Assembly: GCA_963765765.1 (NCBI GenBank)
Contig: CAVXYC010000020.1
Coordinates: forward strand, 384,001 to 448,000
Direction of reading: 5' to 3'
DNA: 64,000 bases
Source of the DNA: an uncultured Chloroflexia bacterium
GTDB taxonomy: Bacteria > Chloroflexota > UBA6077 > JACCZL01
The translations under genes were made by a program, and so were the position numbers. Shown here piece by piece: positions 43,286 to 54,948 of the stretch. Under the pieces are notes generated by a model. It was given only the letters and a program-made list of their open reading frames with translations, searched no databases and was not told where the DNA came from. The stretch's first letter is position 1, and every line of letters begins with the position of its first letter.

Positions 43286-45288
43286 TCGCGCGGTACCACG
43301 GATTCTTCCTCGCCCTGCATGGTGCGGCGTAGCTCCACAATCTGGTCGCGCAAGAGCGCGGCCTTTTCAAAATTGAGCTCTTTCGCCGCTGTCTTCATTT
43401 CTATCTCGAGATCCTTTACGACCCGAAGAATATCTTCCTTGGGGAGCCGATCGGCAGAGCCGACTCGATACGCCTCAGCCGCCTCGGCAACGGCCCTGAC
43501 GCGGGTGGAAATATCGCGAATGGCCTTCTTGATTCCCACTGGCGTGATGTTGTTCCGATTGTTGTACGCGATCTGCTTCTCGCGACGACGATACGTCTCA
43601 CTGATCGCACGCTCCATAGAGCCCGTCATGTTGTCGGCGTACATGATGACGTGCCCCTCGATGTGACGAGCCGCGCGCCCAATGGTCTGGATCAGCGCGC
43701 TTTCGGAGCGGAGATAACCTTCTTTATCCGCGTCCAGGATCGCAACCAGCGAGACTTCCGGGAGATCCAACCCTTCGCGGAGCAGGTTTATTCCCACAAC
43801 GACGTCATGCACGCCGAGGCGAAGATCGCGCAGGATTTCGATCCGCTCCATCGTGTCGATCTCAGAATGGATGTGGTGTACTTTGACGCCCATCTCGCGC
43901 AGATAGTCGGTGAGATCCTCAGCCATGCGCTTGGTGAGCGTCGTCACCAGCACGCGCTCACCTCGTCGCGTGCGGTCCTGCACCTGTTCCATAAGATCGT
44001 CGATCTGCCCTTTGGTGGGTTTGACCTCGATCGTCGGATCGGGGATGCCAGTTGGGCGAATGAGCTGCTCGACACGCGCTTCTTCATGCTCGGCCTCGTA
44101 CGGCCCCGGGGTAGCAGAGACAAAAAGGACCTGGTTCAGATGCTTCTCAAACTCGTGGAAGATGAGCGGTCGATTGTCCAGCGCTGAGGGGAGTCTGAAC
44201 CCATAGTCCACCAGGACCTGCTTGCGTGCCCGGTCGCCATTGAACATGCCGCGCACCTGAGGGAGTGTCATGTGCGATTCGTCAACGAACATCAGGTAGT
44301 CGTCTGGAAAGTAGTCCAGCAGCGTCCACGGCGTGGAGCCCTCAGCGCGGCGTGCCAGATGGCGTGAGTAGTTCTCGACGCCCGTGCAGAAGCCCGTCTC
44401 ACGCATCATCTCGATGTCGTAGCGCGTGCGCTGACCGAGCCTGGCAGCCTCGAGAAGCTGGCCCTCCTCCTCGAACTTCTTCAGACGCTCCTCGAGCTCT
44501 TGCTCGATGTCGCGAATGGCCTCTTCCATTTTCTCGCGCGTCGTCACGAAGTACTTCGCGGGATAGATGTCCACCGCGGCCCGCTCAGCAAGGATCTCGC
44601 CGGTGAGCGGATCGACCTCGGTAATTCGCTCGACCTCGTCACCCCAGAATTCCACCCGTATGGCGATCTCCTGGCCCGCTGGGTGAATCTCGAGCGTATC
44701 GCCGCGCACGCGAAATTTCCCGCGCGCGAAGTCATAGTCGTTCCGCTCGTAATAGATCTCGGTCAGGTGCCGAATCACACGATCGCGCTTACGTGTTTCA
44801 CCGCGCTTCAGTGAGACGACGGCCTTGCCATAGTCCTCCGGCGCGCCCAGGCCGAAGATGCACGAAACGGACGCGACGATAATGCAGTCGCGACGTGTCA
44901 GGAGTGACTGCATGGCCGAGTGACGCAAGCGGTCGATGTCCTCGTTGAGTAGCGAGTCCTTCTCGATGTACGTGTCTGTCCGAGGCACATAGGCCTCGGG
45001 CTGGTAATAGTCGTAGTAGCTAACGAAGTACTCGACCGCGTTCTCGGGAAAGAAGTCTCGGAACTCAGAGCAAAGCTGGGCGGCCAGCGTCTTATTGTGG
45101 GCGATCACCAGCGAAGGACGGTCCACCTGCTGGATGATGTTGGCCATGGTGAACGTCTTGCCCGAACCAGTGACGCCGAGGAGGGTTTGGTGCTTCTTAC
45201 CCGCCTCGATACCGCGCACCAGCTCGTCGATCGCCGATGGCTGATCGCCGGTTGGCTCATAGTCAGACACAAGCTTGAATGAAGACAT
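43267..45288 (-). CDS. uvrB: Excinuclease ABC subunit B
   Basis: [27 protein letters not shown] and C-terminal FEKAA.LRD. Confidence 0.97.
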   Translation of the reverse strand: MSSFKLVSDYEPTGDQPSAIDELVRGIEAGKKHQTLLGVTGSGKTFTMANIIQQVDRPSLVIAHNKTLAAQLCSEFRDFFPENAVEYFVSYYDYYQPEAYVPRTDTYIEKDSLLNEDIDRLRHSAMQSLLTRRDCIIVASVSCIFGLGAPEDYGKAVVSLKRGETRKRDRVIRHLTEIYYERNDYDFARGKFRVRGDTLEIHPAGQEIAIRVEFWGDEVERITEVDPLTGEILAERAAVDIYPAKYFVTTREKMEEAIRDIEQELEERLKKFEEEGQLLEAARLGQRTRYDIEMMRETGFCTGVENYSRHLARRAEGSTPWTLLDYFPDDYLMFVDESHMTLPQVRGMFNGDRARKQVLVDYGFRLPSALDNRPLIFHEFEKHLNQVLFVSATPGPYEAEHEEARVEQLIRPTGIPDPTIEVKPTKGQIDDLMEQVQDRTRRGERVLVTTLTKRMAEDLTDYLREMGVKVHHIHSEIDTMERIEILRDLRLGVHDVVVGINLLREGLDLPEVSLVAILDADKEGYLRSESALIQTIGRAARHIEGHVIMYADNMTGSMERAISETYRRREKQIAYNNRNNITPVGIKKAIRDISTRVRAVAEAAEAYRVGSADRLPKEDILRVVKDLEIEMKTAAKELNFEKAALLRDQIVELRRTMQGEEESVVPREWLKTR

Positions 45289-45457
45289 GGGGACGGCAAA
45301 TTATACGCGCTGGCTCGGAGTGGCCGAGTTAAGAGTGACGAGTTGAGCTCTGGATATATCTAGCGAAAATACGGAATCCGCCGAAATTGGCGCGAGCGAC
45401 AGTCGGCACGCCAACTATCACTCCGCACTCTAAATTCTTCACTGCGCGAGAGCGCCC

Positions 45458-45463
45458 TATAAT
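45458..45463 (+). promoter_or_regulatory. -10 box of a probably leaderless miaB transcript
   Basis: TATAAT 6 nt before ATG 45470, no RBS; a divergent TATAAT at 45300-45305 serves uvrB. Confidence 0.65.
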
Positions 45464-45469
45464 CTTCCC

Positions 45470-46795
45470 ATGCCCAACTACCACGTCTGGACGATTGGCT
45501 GTCAGATGAATACCTCGGACGCCCGCAATGCGTCCGACGAGCTCGAGCAGCTCGGTTATTCCGAGTCGGCAACGATGCGCGATGCGGACGTGGTGATCCT
45601 GTACTCGTGCATGGTCCGTCAGCACGCCGAGGACAAGGTCCATAGCCAGCTTGGCGCACTCAAGAAGCTCAAGCTGGAGAAGCCCAACCTGCGCGTGGCA
45701 CTCGCCGGATGCATTGGTGAAGTGGGCGGCTGGCAGAAGCGCTATCCGTTTGTGGACTTCTTCCTGGAGCCCGGCCAGGATTTGAGCGTCCAGGACAAGC
45801 TCACGGACCTGATCGAGCTGGATGAGCTGTATCGGATTCAGCCCGAGGATGCCGTCCGTATGGGTCGCGTTTCAGAAGGCGTGACGATCCAGCAGGGGTG
45901 CAATCGAAGCTGCACTTACTGCATTGTCCCATCCACTCGCGGCGGCGAGCGCAGTCGGGTGCCATTCGACATTCAATATGAGGTGGAAGGTCTGATCCAC
46001 CGTGGCACGCGCGAAGTCGTGCTTCTCAGCCAGATCGTCGAGCGGTACGGCCGCGATCTACGCCCTCGCGTTAGTCTCGCACAGCTCTTGTGCCAGCTCA
46101 ACGAGGTGCCGGGATTGGACCGAATTCGTTTCCTCACCAGCTACCCGGGTGATTTCGGTGCCGATCTCATCGAAGCCGTTGCCACGGTACCCAAGGTGTG
46201 CGAGGACATCAACCTGCCGGTGCAGAGCGGCGACAACGATGTCCTACGCGCGATGAAGCGCGGCTACACGATTGAGTTCTATGCGGAGCTCGTCCAGCGC
46301 TTGCGCGCCGGCATCCCAAACCTCAGCATGAGCACCGATATTATCGTTGGCTTCCCAGGTGAGACCGTCGCCCAGTTCGAGAACACACTGCGAGCCATTG
46401 AGAACATCCAGTGGGACGTCATTCATGTGGCCGCGTACTCCACACGCGCAGGCACTCCCGCCGCCGTGTACGAAGACCAGCTACCGCTGGAGGAGAAGCG
46501 CCGACGCCTGCACCTGGTAGAGGAGCTTCAGAAGGAGATCGCCACCCGCCGCAACGCGGCGTTCCAGGACCAGACCATGGAAGTTCTGATCGAAGGCCAG
46601 TCCAAAGGCAAGTGGTACGGCCGCTCACGAAACAACAAGCTGGTCCACGTCGCACACCCGTCCGAGCTCGCCGGACACCTCGTCAACGTGCGAATCACCC
46701 AGACCAGCCCCTGGTCGCTTCAGGGAGAAGTTGAGTCGATCAATCGACCGACTAATGCATCCTCGTCCGTAACTCTGCCAGTCCTGGCGTTGTAA
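45470..46795 (+). CDS. miaB: tRNA methylthiotransferase MiaB
   Basis: TIGCQMN, CNRSCTYC radical-SAM motif, VGFPGET and C-terminal TRAM domain. Confidence 0.9.
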   Translation: MPNYHVWTIGCQMNTSDARNASDELEQLGYSESATMRDADVVILYSCMVRQHAEDKVHSQLGALKKLKLEKPNLRVALAGCIGEVGGWQKRYPFVDFFLEPGQDLSVQDKLTDLIELDELYRIQPEDAVRMGRVSEGVTIQQGCNRSCTYCIVPSTRGGERSRVPFDIQYEVEGLIHRGTREVVLLSQIVERYGRDLRPRVSLAQLLCQLNEVPGLDRIRFLTSYPGDFGADLIEAVATVPKVCEDINLPVQSGDNDVLRAMKRGYTIEFYAELVQRLRAGIPNLSMSTDIIVGFPGETVAQFENTLRAIENIQWDVIHVAAYSTRAGTPAAVYEDQLPLEEKRRRLHLVEELQKEIATRRNAAFQDQTMEVLIEGQSKGKWYGRSRNNKLVHVAHPSELAGHLVNVRITQTSPWSLQGEVESINRPTNASSSVTLPVLAL

Positions 46796-46934
46796 GTAAC
46801 CGGTTCTCCTTCAAACCACCAGCTCCTTGTCAGTGGTAGTGAGGCAACCCACGTAGCGCCCGCATTCTCCGAAGGTTCCCAAAGCCTCAAATGGCTGTTA
46901 GCATGCCTCTCGAGAAAAGGCGGGGAGCGTCGCC

Positions 46935-48501
46935 ATGCGGCTATTTGATCTTCTCGATTTCCACGCCCGAGAGCATCCTGATGTTGAGTTTGCCGCACAG
47001 GGCGATAGGCAGATCACCTATGCGGAGGCAGCCCAGGAAACTCACCGCCTGGCCCACGCGCTAGTCGACAATGAGTCTGCAGCAGGGTGACCGCGTAGCG
47101 ATTATCTCCAAGAACAGCATTGAATATGTCCTGCTGTACTTTGCTGCCGCCCGCGCCGGCGTGGTTCCGGTGCCGCTCAATTACCGGCTGGCACCGGCCG
47201 AATGGCGATACATCATCAACGATGCCGGCGCTACAGCCGTCCTCGCCTCGGCCGAATACGCCGCCGCGGTGGATGGCATCCGCGCCGAGCTTGGCACAGT
47301 TCGCCAGGTGCTCTCAATCGGGTTGCAAACAGCTGCCGGCTGGCCCGACCTTCATCGCCAGGCGGTCGAAATGCCCAATACCCCCGTCGATCGCGACGTC
47401 ACGCCGGACGACGACGTCTATCAGATGTATACGAGCGGCACAACGGGGCATCCCAAAGGCGCGGTCATCACGCACCGGGCCCTCACCACCAACATGGCCC
47501 AGAACGCCCTCTACTGCCAGGGGCCGATCGGTGAGCGCAGCTTGATCGTTACGCCGCTTTTTCATGCCGCCACTGTGCCCAATACGTTCAGCCCCATCTG
47601 GTGGGGCGGCTCGCTGCTCATTCACGAACAGTTCGAACCAACGGCGGCGGTGAGATCGCTGGATGAGGAGAGGGTCGGCTTTGCCCTGCTCGTACCGGCA
47701 ATGATTCTTGCCTGTGTGACGGGCGTTCCTGGTGCCGCGGAGAGGCGATTCAATCAGCTCCGTCTCATTTACTACGGGGCTTCTCCCATCTCAGAGCAGA
47801 CGCTCCGTCAGGGGCTCGAGGTCTTCAAGTGCCGATTCGTCCAGACCTATGGCTTGACCGAGGCCACCCAGGCCGTGACCTTCTTGACGCCCGAAGATCA
47901 TGATCGCGCGCTGGCCGGTGAGCCAGATCTGCTGCTTTCGGCCGGACGCGCGGCCCCGGGCACGGAAGTGCGCATCGTGGACGCCGAGGGTGCCACGCTG
48001 CCGCTGGGCGAGATCGGACAGCTCGCCGTGCGCGGTCCACAGCTCATGCGCGGTTACTGGCAGCTTCCTGCGGCTACCAGCGAATCACTTCGCAATGGCT
48101 GGCTCTTCACTGGAGACGCCGGAACCATGGATGCGGAGGGATACGTCTACGTCCAGGACCGCGTGAAGGACATGATCGTCTCGGGCGGAGAGAACATTTA
48201 CCCCAGGGAAGTGGAGAACGTGCTCTTCAATCACCCCGCCATCGCCGACGCCGCGGTGATCGGGGTTCCGGACGACCGTTGGGGCGAGACAGTGAAGGCA
48301 TTTGTCGTCTTCCATCCTGACGTGAGTGCCACGCAGGAGGAAATCATTACGTTCTGTCGATCCGAGCTCGCGGGCTTCAAACTGCCGCATACGGTGGACG
48401 TGATCAAGACCATTCCTCGCACAGCTACCGGCAAGGTTCTCAAGCGCGAGCTCCGCGAGCCATTCTGGACCGGCCGGCAGCGTCAGGTGTCAGGCGCCTG
48501 A
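46935..48501 (+). CDS. Long-chain acyl-CoA ligase (frameshift near 47070)
   Basis: YTSGTTGHPKG, YGLTE, TGD and GKVLK motifs; true N-terminus MRLFDLLDFHAREHPD..ITY lies in another frame after a GGGAG RBS. Confidence 0.9.
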
Positions 48502-48512
48502 CATCCGGCCCC

Positions 48513-48622
48513 GCGCAAAGCGCCTTGGAGTACGGTGTGCGAAGAGCCACTTTTGGATTATCGCTGACGTTCAGAATGAGCTTGAAGAATGGAAAGCGGT
48601 GCTGCCGCACACCGCACTCCAA
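48513..48622. repeat. REP doublet, same family as 35301-35406
   Basis: ttggagtacggtgtgcg pairs with cgcacaccgcactccaa; between convergent genes. Confidence 0.8.
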
Positions 48623-48639
48623 TGAGCTCGTGCTTCTCT

Positions 48640-49403
48640 CTACCTCTGGGTTGCTTCATGCCGCCCGCGCCACGCCGACCGAGCGGCAGCAACCTCTGGT
48701 GAAGCCAAACACGCTTCCAACATTGGAAGTGACGCGTCGTGGACGTCGGCATAGCCAGCGGTCTCAGAAAGTCGCATCAGCCGCTTTGACGCAGCCGCGG
48801 CGGCGGGCGGTGCCTGAGCGTATCGTTGAGCGATTTCGCTGAGCCCCGACTCGAATTCGGCTGACGGCACCACATAGTCCACCAGCCCAAGTCGGAGTGC
48901 TTCGTCAGGCGGAATCACCTCACCCGAGAGAATCAGCCGGCGTGCGGGACCGAGCCCAATGAGCCTCGGAAGACGGTACGGCGCCATGCCTGGGAAGAGC
49001 CCTCGTTCACGGCCGGCAGGCCGATGTTGCAATCATCGCTTGACACCCGAATGTCGCAAGAGATCGCAAGTTGCACTCCCCCGCCAAGGCAATGCCCGTG
49101 GATCCCCGCGATGGTGATCGCGTTCAGCATCTCGAGCGCTCGGAACGCGCGCTCCTGTCCTTCGTAAAACCCGTCCGGCATACCCTCACGGCTCAACATC
49201 TCGAGATCAATCCCGGCACAGAAAGCTCGCCCCGCACCGCGCACCACAACCACCCGTACAGCGACCGCCGCCGCAATCTCGCCAACAGCCTCATCCAGAG
49301 CCTGAATCCACGCCAAGTTCTCCGCGTTTAGCACATCGGGTCGGTTCAACGTAATCCACGCTATCGCACCATCAATACGCAGCAAGACGGGAGAGTTATT
49401 CAA
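48640..49403 (-). CDS. Enoyl-CoA hydratase/isomerase family protein (frameshift near 49000)
   Basis: ITLNRP..LNA, AFCAGID, GHCLGGG and EALRLGLVD motifs. Confidence 0.88.
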
Positions 49404-49533
49404 GATTTACTCCGAGCAGATACCGCGGCGGACCAATTCTAATCCGAAAGTAGACGGAGAAAAGCGTCCTCGCCCCGTGAATAGTCAAAAACGGGAGGTA
49501 CCATGACAATCACGATGGCACCCTGATGACGAA

Positions 49534-49941
49534 TTGACTCAAACATTCCATCCTGCTTATTTCGAGACACGGTTCCGTACTCCTGTAGCGATTCACGACT
49601 GGCCCGCGGAGTTTGCGATCATCACCGCCTGGCCGACCACAGATGAGAACTGGTCAGACGACCTGAGTCGGGCCGCGGATCAGCGATTCGCGGCAGAGCT
49701 TCAAGCCCTCGGCGTGTGGATGGTTCGCATCACCGGCTACTCTCCTACCACCGATCATGCAGAGCCTGGGTGGGCAGCCACGCTCCCATTTCATCAAGCC
49801 TGCGACATCGGACTGAGATTCCAGCAGGACGCCATTTATTACGTAAGTGAGAACGTACTCTGGGTCAGCCATTGTGATTCTCGGGAGGAACGCATGCTCG
49901 TGGGTGAGTTCCGCGAACGGGTTGAGGTGGAATCGTGCTGA
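49534..49941 (+). CDS. DUF3293-like protein
   Basis: AYFET.F, FAIITAW, HAEP and G.RFQQDAIY pattern. Confidence 0.7.
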   Translation: MTQTFHPAYFETRFRTPVAIHDWPAEFAIITAWPTTDENWSDDLSRAADQRFAAELQALGVWMVRITGYSPTTDHAEPGWAATLPFHQACDIGLRFQQDAIYYVSENVLWVSHCDSREERMLVGEFRERVEVESC

Positions 49942-49990
49942 TCGATGAGCGACTCAAGTGTTCCGCCTCTGAGAGCGATTTCGCCATTCA

Positions 49991-50036
49991 TCCAAAGCGG
50001 CGCTTCCGCACGCCGCACTTCAAGGCGCTTCGCGCG
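49991..50036. repeat. Single REP arm, reverse-complement relative of 48513-48557
   Basis: tccaaagcggcgcttccgcacgccgcacttcaaggcgcttcgcgcg. Confidence 0.7.
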
Positions 50037-50051
50037 ACCAAGATGACCATG

Positions 50052-50501
50052 TCACCGCCGATCATCAGAATCCAGCATGATCGTCACGGGGCCGTCGTTC
50101 AGAAATTTCCACGACCATATGGGCGCCGAAGTGACCCGTCTCAACCTTAGCCCGAGATCGCGGAGGCGCTGGGCGAAGCGATTGACGAGCGGATCGGCCT
50201 GATCGGGCGGCGCTGCTTGGACAAAGCTTGGGCGGCGGCCTCGCGCTGTGTCGGCGTAGAGGGTGAATTGAGAGATCACCAGCATCTCTGCCTGGATGTC
50301 GAGCGCTGAGAGGTTCATTTTCCCATCGTTATCCGAAAAACAGCGGAGATTGGCTGCGCGCTCTGCCAAACGATCTGCTGTGGCCTCTGCATCCGTCGCC
50401 GTAACGCCCACCAGAACGATCCAGCCCAGCCCGATCTGGCCTATTACGTCGTGGTCCACGGTCACAGCTCCGCGCTGAACCCGCTGCATAAGCGCCCGCA
50501 A
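50052..50501 (-). CDS. dtd: D-aminoacyl-tRNA deacylase
   Basis: QRV, SQFTL, GRRPSF and NDGPVT motifs; compensated double frameshift near 50105-50146 hides VETGHFGAHMVVEI. Confidence 0.93.
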   Translation of the reverse strand: MRALMQRVQRGAVTVDHDVIGQIGLGWIVLVGVTATDAEATADRLAERAANLRCFSDNDGKMNLSALDIQAEMLVISQFTLYADTARGRRPSFVQAAPPDQADPLVNRFAQRLRDLGLRLRRVTSAPIWSWKFLNDGPVTIMLDSDDRR

Positions 50502-50599
50502 TGAGGACTCCTTTCAGTCTTCAGTGAAGAGTTAAAGGTTAAGAGTTAAAAATGAGGCAGTACTCTCGCCTCGCCTCTCGCCCAATTGTCTATCATCCC

Positions 50600-52190
50600 G
50601 TGGACGTGGCTGCCATAACTCTCCCGCTGCGCCGCGCAGTCGGCGCACGCCAGATTGCGCTCGCGGTCATCACCCTCGGACTTGCTGCACTACTGGCCTG
50701 GTACCTCATAGCCATCTGGTACGACCTCGCGCCCTGGCTGCGTGGCTGGAAGAAGTATCCCGATGGTTGGTCATGGCGATTCCTCGAAACGGTCCCTCGT
50801 CTGGATCGCTTCATCACCGCCGGACTGGGAGTCACGGTCATTGTGACAGCACTCCTCTGGCTTCTCCGAGGTCCACAGCGTAACGCCCATTGGCATACTG
50901 CGCTGGGGCTCGCGGTTCTTGTTATCGGCGTCCACGTGCTCGAGGTTGGTACGCTGGCCCTGAAGTTGAGCAGCCCACATGCCTTGCTGGTGAACCGCGT
51001 TCTGAACGAGGACTTCACCGGCTACTTCAAAGCCGCTCAATCGGTCGAGTCACCGGCCGAGTTCTTTACAGACTGGCGCAGGCTGATGAAGGCTTGCGGG
51101 CACTGCACCAGTCATCCAACCGGCGCATCAGCAATTTACTGGCCGGTCATCGTCGCCGCCGAAGCGCTGCCGCCCGAGACGGCGCAGTCGGTCGCCTCCT
51201 GGCTCGATGAGACGCTGCGGCTGCGCATTCGCAATGTTCCCCCGGCCTCGGTGATCGCCGCGACGGCACTGGGCCATCTGAACCTTTTGTTTGCCGCTGT
51301 CAGCGTAGTACCGTATTTCTTTCTCGGACGCATCATCAGCGGTTCGGTGGTGGGTGGTGTCCTGGCCGCTGGGCTTGTTGCAACAATGCCCGGACTCATT
51401 CTCATGAGTCCCGAGCTCGATCAAATCTATGTGCTCATCAGCGGTGCAGCGATGCTCGCTCTGCTCCTGAGTATGCGAGCGGAGCGCTGGAGCATGCAGG
51501 CCGCGATGGGCCTGACATGCGGTTTACTCGTGGCACTTGGGCCTGTTCTTGACCTGGGGCCTACTCGTCTGGATCCCAATGCTGGCCTGCCTCAGCATTG
51601 CATCACTGTTGGGCCTTCACGTTTATGACAAGTCCCACACCGTTTCTCCCACTCAACGTATTCTTCGCACGGCAATCGCCTGGGTAGCGGCAATCGTCGG
51701 CCTGGTGGGTCCGTACTGGCTGCTTGGCTCATTTACACCGTATGACGTTCGCGACGTGGCGCGTCAGGGGCTGAACCATTACCAGACGTTTGAAGCCATT
51801 GGGCGGCCTGGTGAAGATATCTGGCTCTTCCATGGACCGCTGGACACAACGCAATTCATCGGCCTGCCGCTCACCATCGCCAGTCTGGCCGTCATGTTCG
51901 GGAGTGCAGGCAAAGCATGGCTTCCTGCGCCCTCTGCCTGGACACAGCGGCTGGGCAGCATCAACGTATACACCGTCGCCCTGGTAGGCATCATCGCCGT
52001 GACGTTCCTCGGTGATTACATGAAGGCGGAAAGCGGTCGACAGCTCCTCTTTATCATGCCGCTCGCAGCCGTCGCTCTGGCCGCTTCCGTTCGCGCGGCA
52101 AGCTATCATCTGCGCCCCTGGCATTGGGCCCTTATCACCACGCAGACACTGGTGACAGTCATCATCGGGGCACGCTGGATAACCCCTTAA
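50600..52190 (+). CDS. Polytopic membrane protein, probable GT-C glycosyltransferase (frameshift near 51540)
   Basis: Many TM segments, loop motif TSHPTG, late ESGR..LF; start uncertain (50552 or 50600). Confidence 0.65.
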
Positions 52191-52218
52191 GCTCCGAGTC
52201 TCTGAGCCACTGAACGAC

Positions 52219-52250
52219 AAAACCGCCCGTCCAGTATGGAGGGGCGGTTT
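52219..52250. terminator. Bidirectional intrinsic terminator
   Basis: aaaccgccc.tcca-gta-tgga.gggcggttt between convergent genes. Confidence 0.7.
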
Positions 52251-52270
52251 CTAATCGGTCGGTCCACAGC

Positions 52271-52642
52271 TCAGGTCTTGGAGGTTGAGCTCGGCGTCGC
52301 TGTGCTGGACTCGGTCTTAGCTGGCGTCGCTGCTGAAGATGACGAGCTATCGGCCGACGTGGGCGTGGTCGACTTCTCACTTTCGCTGGACGACTTACCA
52401 GCCTCACCGTTCTCGCCGTTGGACTTTGCACCATCAGCGTTAGTGCCGGCCGCCGCAGCGCCGCCCTTGCGATTGTCAGTGTTGTAGAAACCGCTGCCCT
52501 TGAAGACAATTCCCACCGGGTGCAGCACGCGACGAAGCGATCCGCCACACGTTTCGCACGTGGTCAGCGGGTCATCGTGGAAGCTCTGGCGCTTTTCCAC
52601 CTCAGCACCACACGCGTTACATCGATATCCGTAAATCGGCAC
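52271..52642 (-). CDS. FmdB family zinc-ribbon protein
   Basis: PIYGYRCNACG, CETCGG, FKGSGFY.TD and Ser/Thr-rich tail; GGGAGG RBS before GTG. Confidence 0.9.
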   Translation of the reverse strand: MPIYGYRCNACGAEVEKRQSFHDDPLTTCETCGGSLRRVLHPVGIVFKGSGFYNTDNRKGGAAAAGTNADGAKSNGENGEAGKSSSESEKSTTPTSADSSSSSAATPAKTESSTATPSSTSKT

Positions 52643-52728
52643 GCAGAACCGCCTCCCTTCCTTGTTGGTCAGGAAATGTGAAAGAGTGAACGGCGAATTA
52701 TAGCGTGGATTGGCGACTGGCTGGACCT

Positions 52729-54063
52729 TTAGGCCACAAGCGTCGTTGGAGTCACCGGCCGGCGGTTCGCCTTGGATGAATCGAAGCCGCACCACTTCGG
52801 CGCCACAAATAAGACCGCCGTCCAGCCAGCCAGAATCAGCAAGTTTAGCCATGAATCCATGATCTGCAGACTGTGTCGAGGACCGGTGGATAGGACATCA
52901 CTCGTCTCAGCAATGATGGCCGGGTCATGCAGCACCATGTTGGCCAGGAGCGTGCACGAAATGAGCGCAAGAAGCACCCTTGCAGCGATGGATATCGGTG
53001 CGGCCATCACAAGAAGTGGCAAAACGAAGAACGAATGATTCTCGTGCGCTTGCGTTGTGAAGCAGAACCAGCCGAACGCCTGGTACGCCGAGAGCAAGAA
53101 GATGGACATTGACGGCGCCGCAATAAGTCGCCAGAGCGTCACGCCAGCCACCCCCAGCACTAGCGGCAACGCCGCCATTCGATACGTGAGCGGTCCAAGA
53201 ACCCGCTCGCTATCCAGGACCACCGGATCCGGATTGTTCGTGACAATCCACCAGAGATTGTGAGCATTGGCCGAGGCCACCGGCATGACGCCGGCGATCT
53301 GAGCGGGCAGGGTCAAAAAGTCAGTAAGCCGTCCGTGAATGATGAATGGAGCCAGTACCGCCATCATCACTACTCCAGCGATCAGAGCGCCCAGAACAAC
53401 CCGTACGAGCCCGGTCCTGCGAAATTGCACGATCAGGTAAAGCGGCACCAGCGCCCAGGCCTGCGGTTTCGTCATTGCGGATAGGCCAGCCGCTATCCAG
53501 CTTCCTTGCCACCAACCGAGGAGCGTCATACCAAGCGCCGCAACCGCGAACATCGTGTGCGCGGCATCAGGCGCTCCCCAGTAGGCGACGTCGAAGATGA
53601 CCGCCGGGTTGAGCAGATATACCGTGGACCCAAGCGCACCTGCGCGGACCCCATAAAGAAGCCAGAGTAGGCCGAATATCACAATGCCCAGTGCAAGGTG
53701 GAAGGCAACGGAGACGCCTTTGATGGCCGTGCTGAGAGACTCGCTGGTGAGCATCCGATCGGTCGCCCACGGATTCCTGTCAGTCAGCCTGTCATAGACC
53801 TTGCCCACAAACCCATAGGCGTACAGCGTCACCGGCGGATAAATCGCGTAAGTCTCCGGATACTGCCCGTGGTAGATGTTGTGCATCCCTTCGGTAACAA
53901 TGACCCGGGTCCAGTATTTATAGTGACTTACATCGCCGGCGTAGCCTGGCAAGAAGATGAGCTTGAGCGAGATCGCGGCGCTCAGCAGCCACGCAGCGGC
54001 AAAGAGGGCGATCCAACGCGCCTGTCCTGCTTTAGGAGTTACCACTGCGTGCCCGTCCGCCAA
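52729..54063 (-). CDS. GT-C membrane glycosyltransferase (GT87/ALG6-like)
   Basis: GD...Y..W, IYPP, LLNPA...D...WG..D, KPQ, NAHNLW and HE motifs. Confidence 0.8.
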   Translation of the reverse strand: MADGHAVVTPKAGQARWIALFAAAWLLSAAISLKLIFLPGYAGDVSHYKYWTRVIVTEGMHNIYHGQYPETYAIYPPVTLYAYGFVGKVYDRLTDRNPWATDRMLTSESLSTAIKGVSVAFHLALGIVIFGLLWLLYGVRAGALGSTVYLLNPAVIFDVAYWGAPDAAHTMFAVAALGMTLLGWWQGSWIAAGLSAMTKPQAWALVPLYLIVQFRRTGLVRVVLGALIAGVVMMAVLAPFIIHGRLTDFLTLPAQIAGVMPVASANAHNLWWIVTNNPDPVVLDSERVLGPLTYRMAALPLVLGVAGVTLWRLIAAPSMSIFLLSAYQAFGWFCFTTQAHENHSFFVLPLLVMAAPISIAARVLLALISCTLLANMVLHDPAIIAETSDVLSTGPRHSLQIMDSWLNLLILAGWTAVLFVAPKWCGFDSSKANRRPVTPTTLVA

Positions 54064-54081
54064 GCCCAGGGGTTCGGGCCA

Positions 54082-54948
54082 CTAGACCTTCTGCGCGATC
54101 ACCACGTTATGGGCGCACAAGAGGTTCACCACCGGCGCAATTTCCGCAAGGCGCTCCACGCGCGTCCAGGCCGGCATGAGGCCCTCCGGCATGAAGTCGG
54201 GCACCAGTCCGGCGCGCTTACGACTCCGCACCCGCAGCCCAGCCGCGCGACACGCCGCGGTGAGCTCACCCATGCTGACCAGGCGCTCCTCGCCGGAATC
54301 TTGTGGTACGCGAGCCATGAGAATTGGCCAATACGGGTTCAGCGGATTGTGATCCCAGATGAGGACGAAGCCGCCCCACCGTACCACTCTGGCCATCTCC
54401 GCAATGGTGCCGGCGACCCGCTCGGGCGTCTCGAGATGGTGCATGGTCGCCACACTGTACGCGAGATGAAACGTGTTATCGGCAAACGGCAGCGAATTGG
54501 CAAAACAGCCTGCCCCGCCCAGCAGGCCACGGGCCGAGGCCTGTGCCAACATGCCCGTCGAGGCGTCTGCCGCCACTACGCTATACCCTGCATCGGTCAC
54601 CCACTCGGCGAGCGCGCCGGTGCCGGCACCGACATCCAGGACGAGACCGTCGCGAATGAGACCCCGAATGACCTCCGTGCGTCGACCCAGATAGTGGTTG
54701 GCCACGTGTGGAGAAAAGACGTCGTCATACTCGTGCGCGACTTCGTCGTAGAGACCCTGCTGTCGGTCTGTCGTCTCGCCCATCTCTTCGGTGACGAACA
54801 ATCGGGGAATGCCGTTCGCGGAGTCATATTCGATGCCGCAGGAGGGGCAGCTGAGTGAGTCAATATCGCCACTGAGCGTTCCCTTGCAGCGAGGGCATGC
54901 CAAGATGTCGCGTAGGTTTACGGCCGTCGGTGCCAGTACATTAGCCAC
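54082..54948 (-). CDS. Class I SAM-dependent methyltransferase with N-terminal Trm112-like Zn domain
   Basis: LACPRC..CPSC..GIP, VLDVGAGTG, LPFADNTF and DHNPLNP motifs. Confidence 0.9.
   Translation of the reverse strand: MANVLAPTAVNLRDILACPRCKGTLSGDIDSLSCPSCGIEYDSANGIPRLFVTEEMGETTDRQQGLYDEVAHEYDDVFSPHVANHYLGRRTEVIRGLIRDGLVLDVGAGTGALAEWVTDAGYSVVAADASTGMLAQASARGLLGGAGCFANSLPFADNTFHLAYSVATMHHLETPERVAGTIAEMARVVRWGGFVLIWDHNPLNPYWPILMARVPQDSGEERLVSMGELTAACRAAGLRVRSRKRAGLVPDFMPEGLMPAWTRVERLAEIAPVVNLLCAHNVVIAQKV

Noticed and set aside
51094-51117. Heme c motif in the GT-C-like protein
   Set aside because: The sequence is CGHCTSH, not CxxCH.
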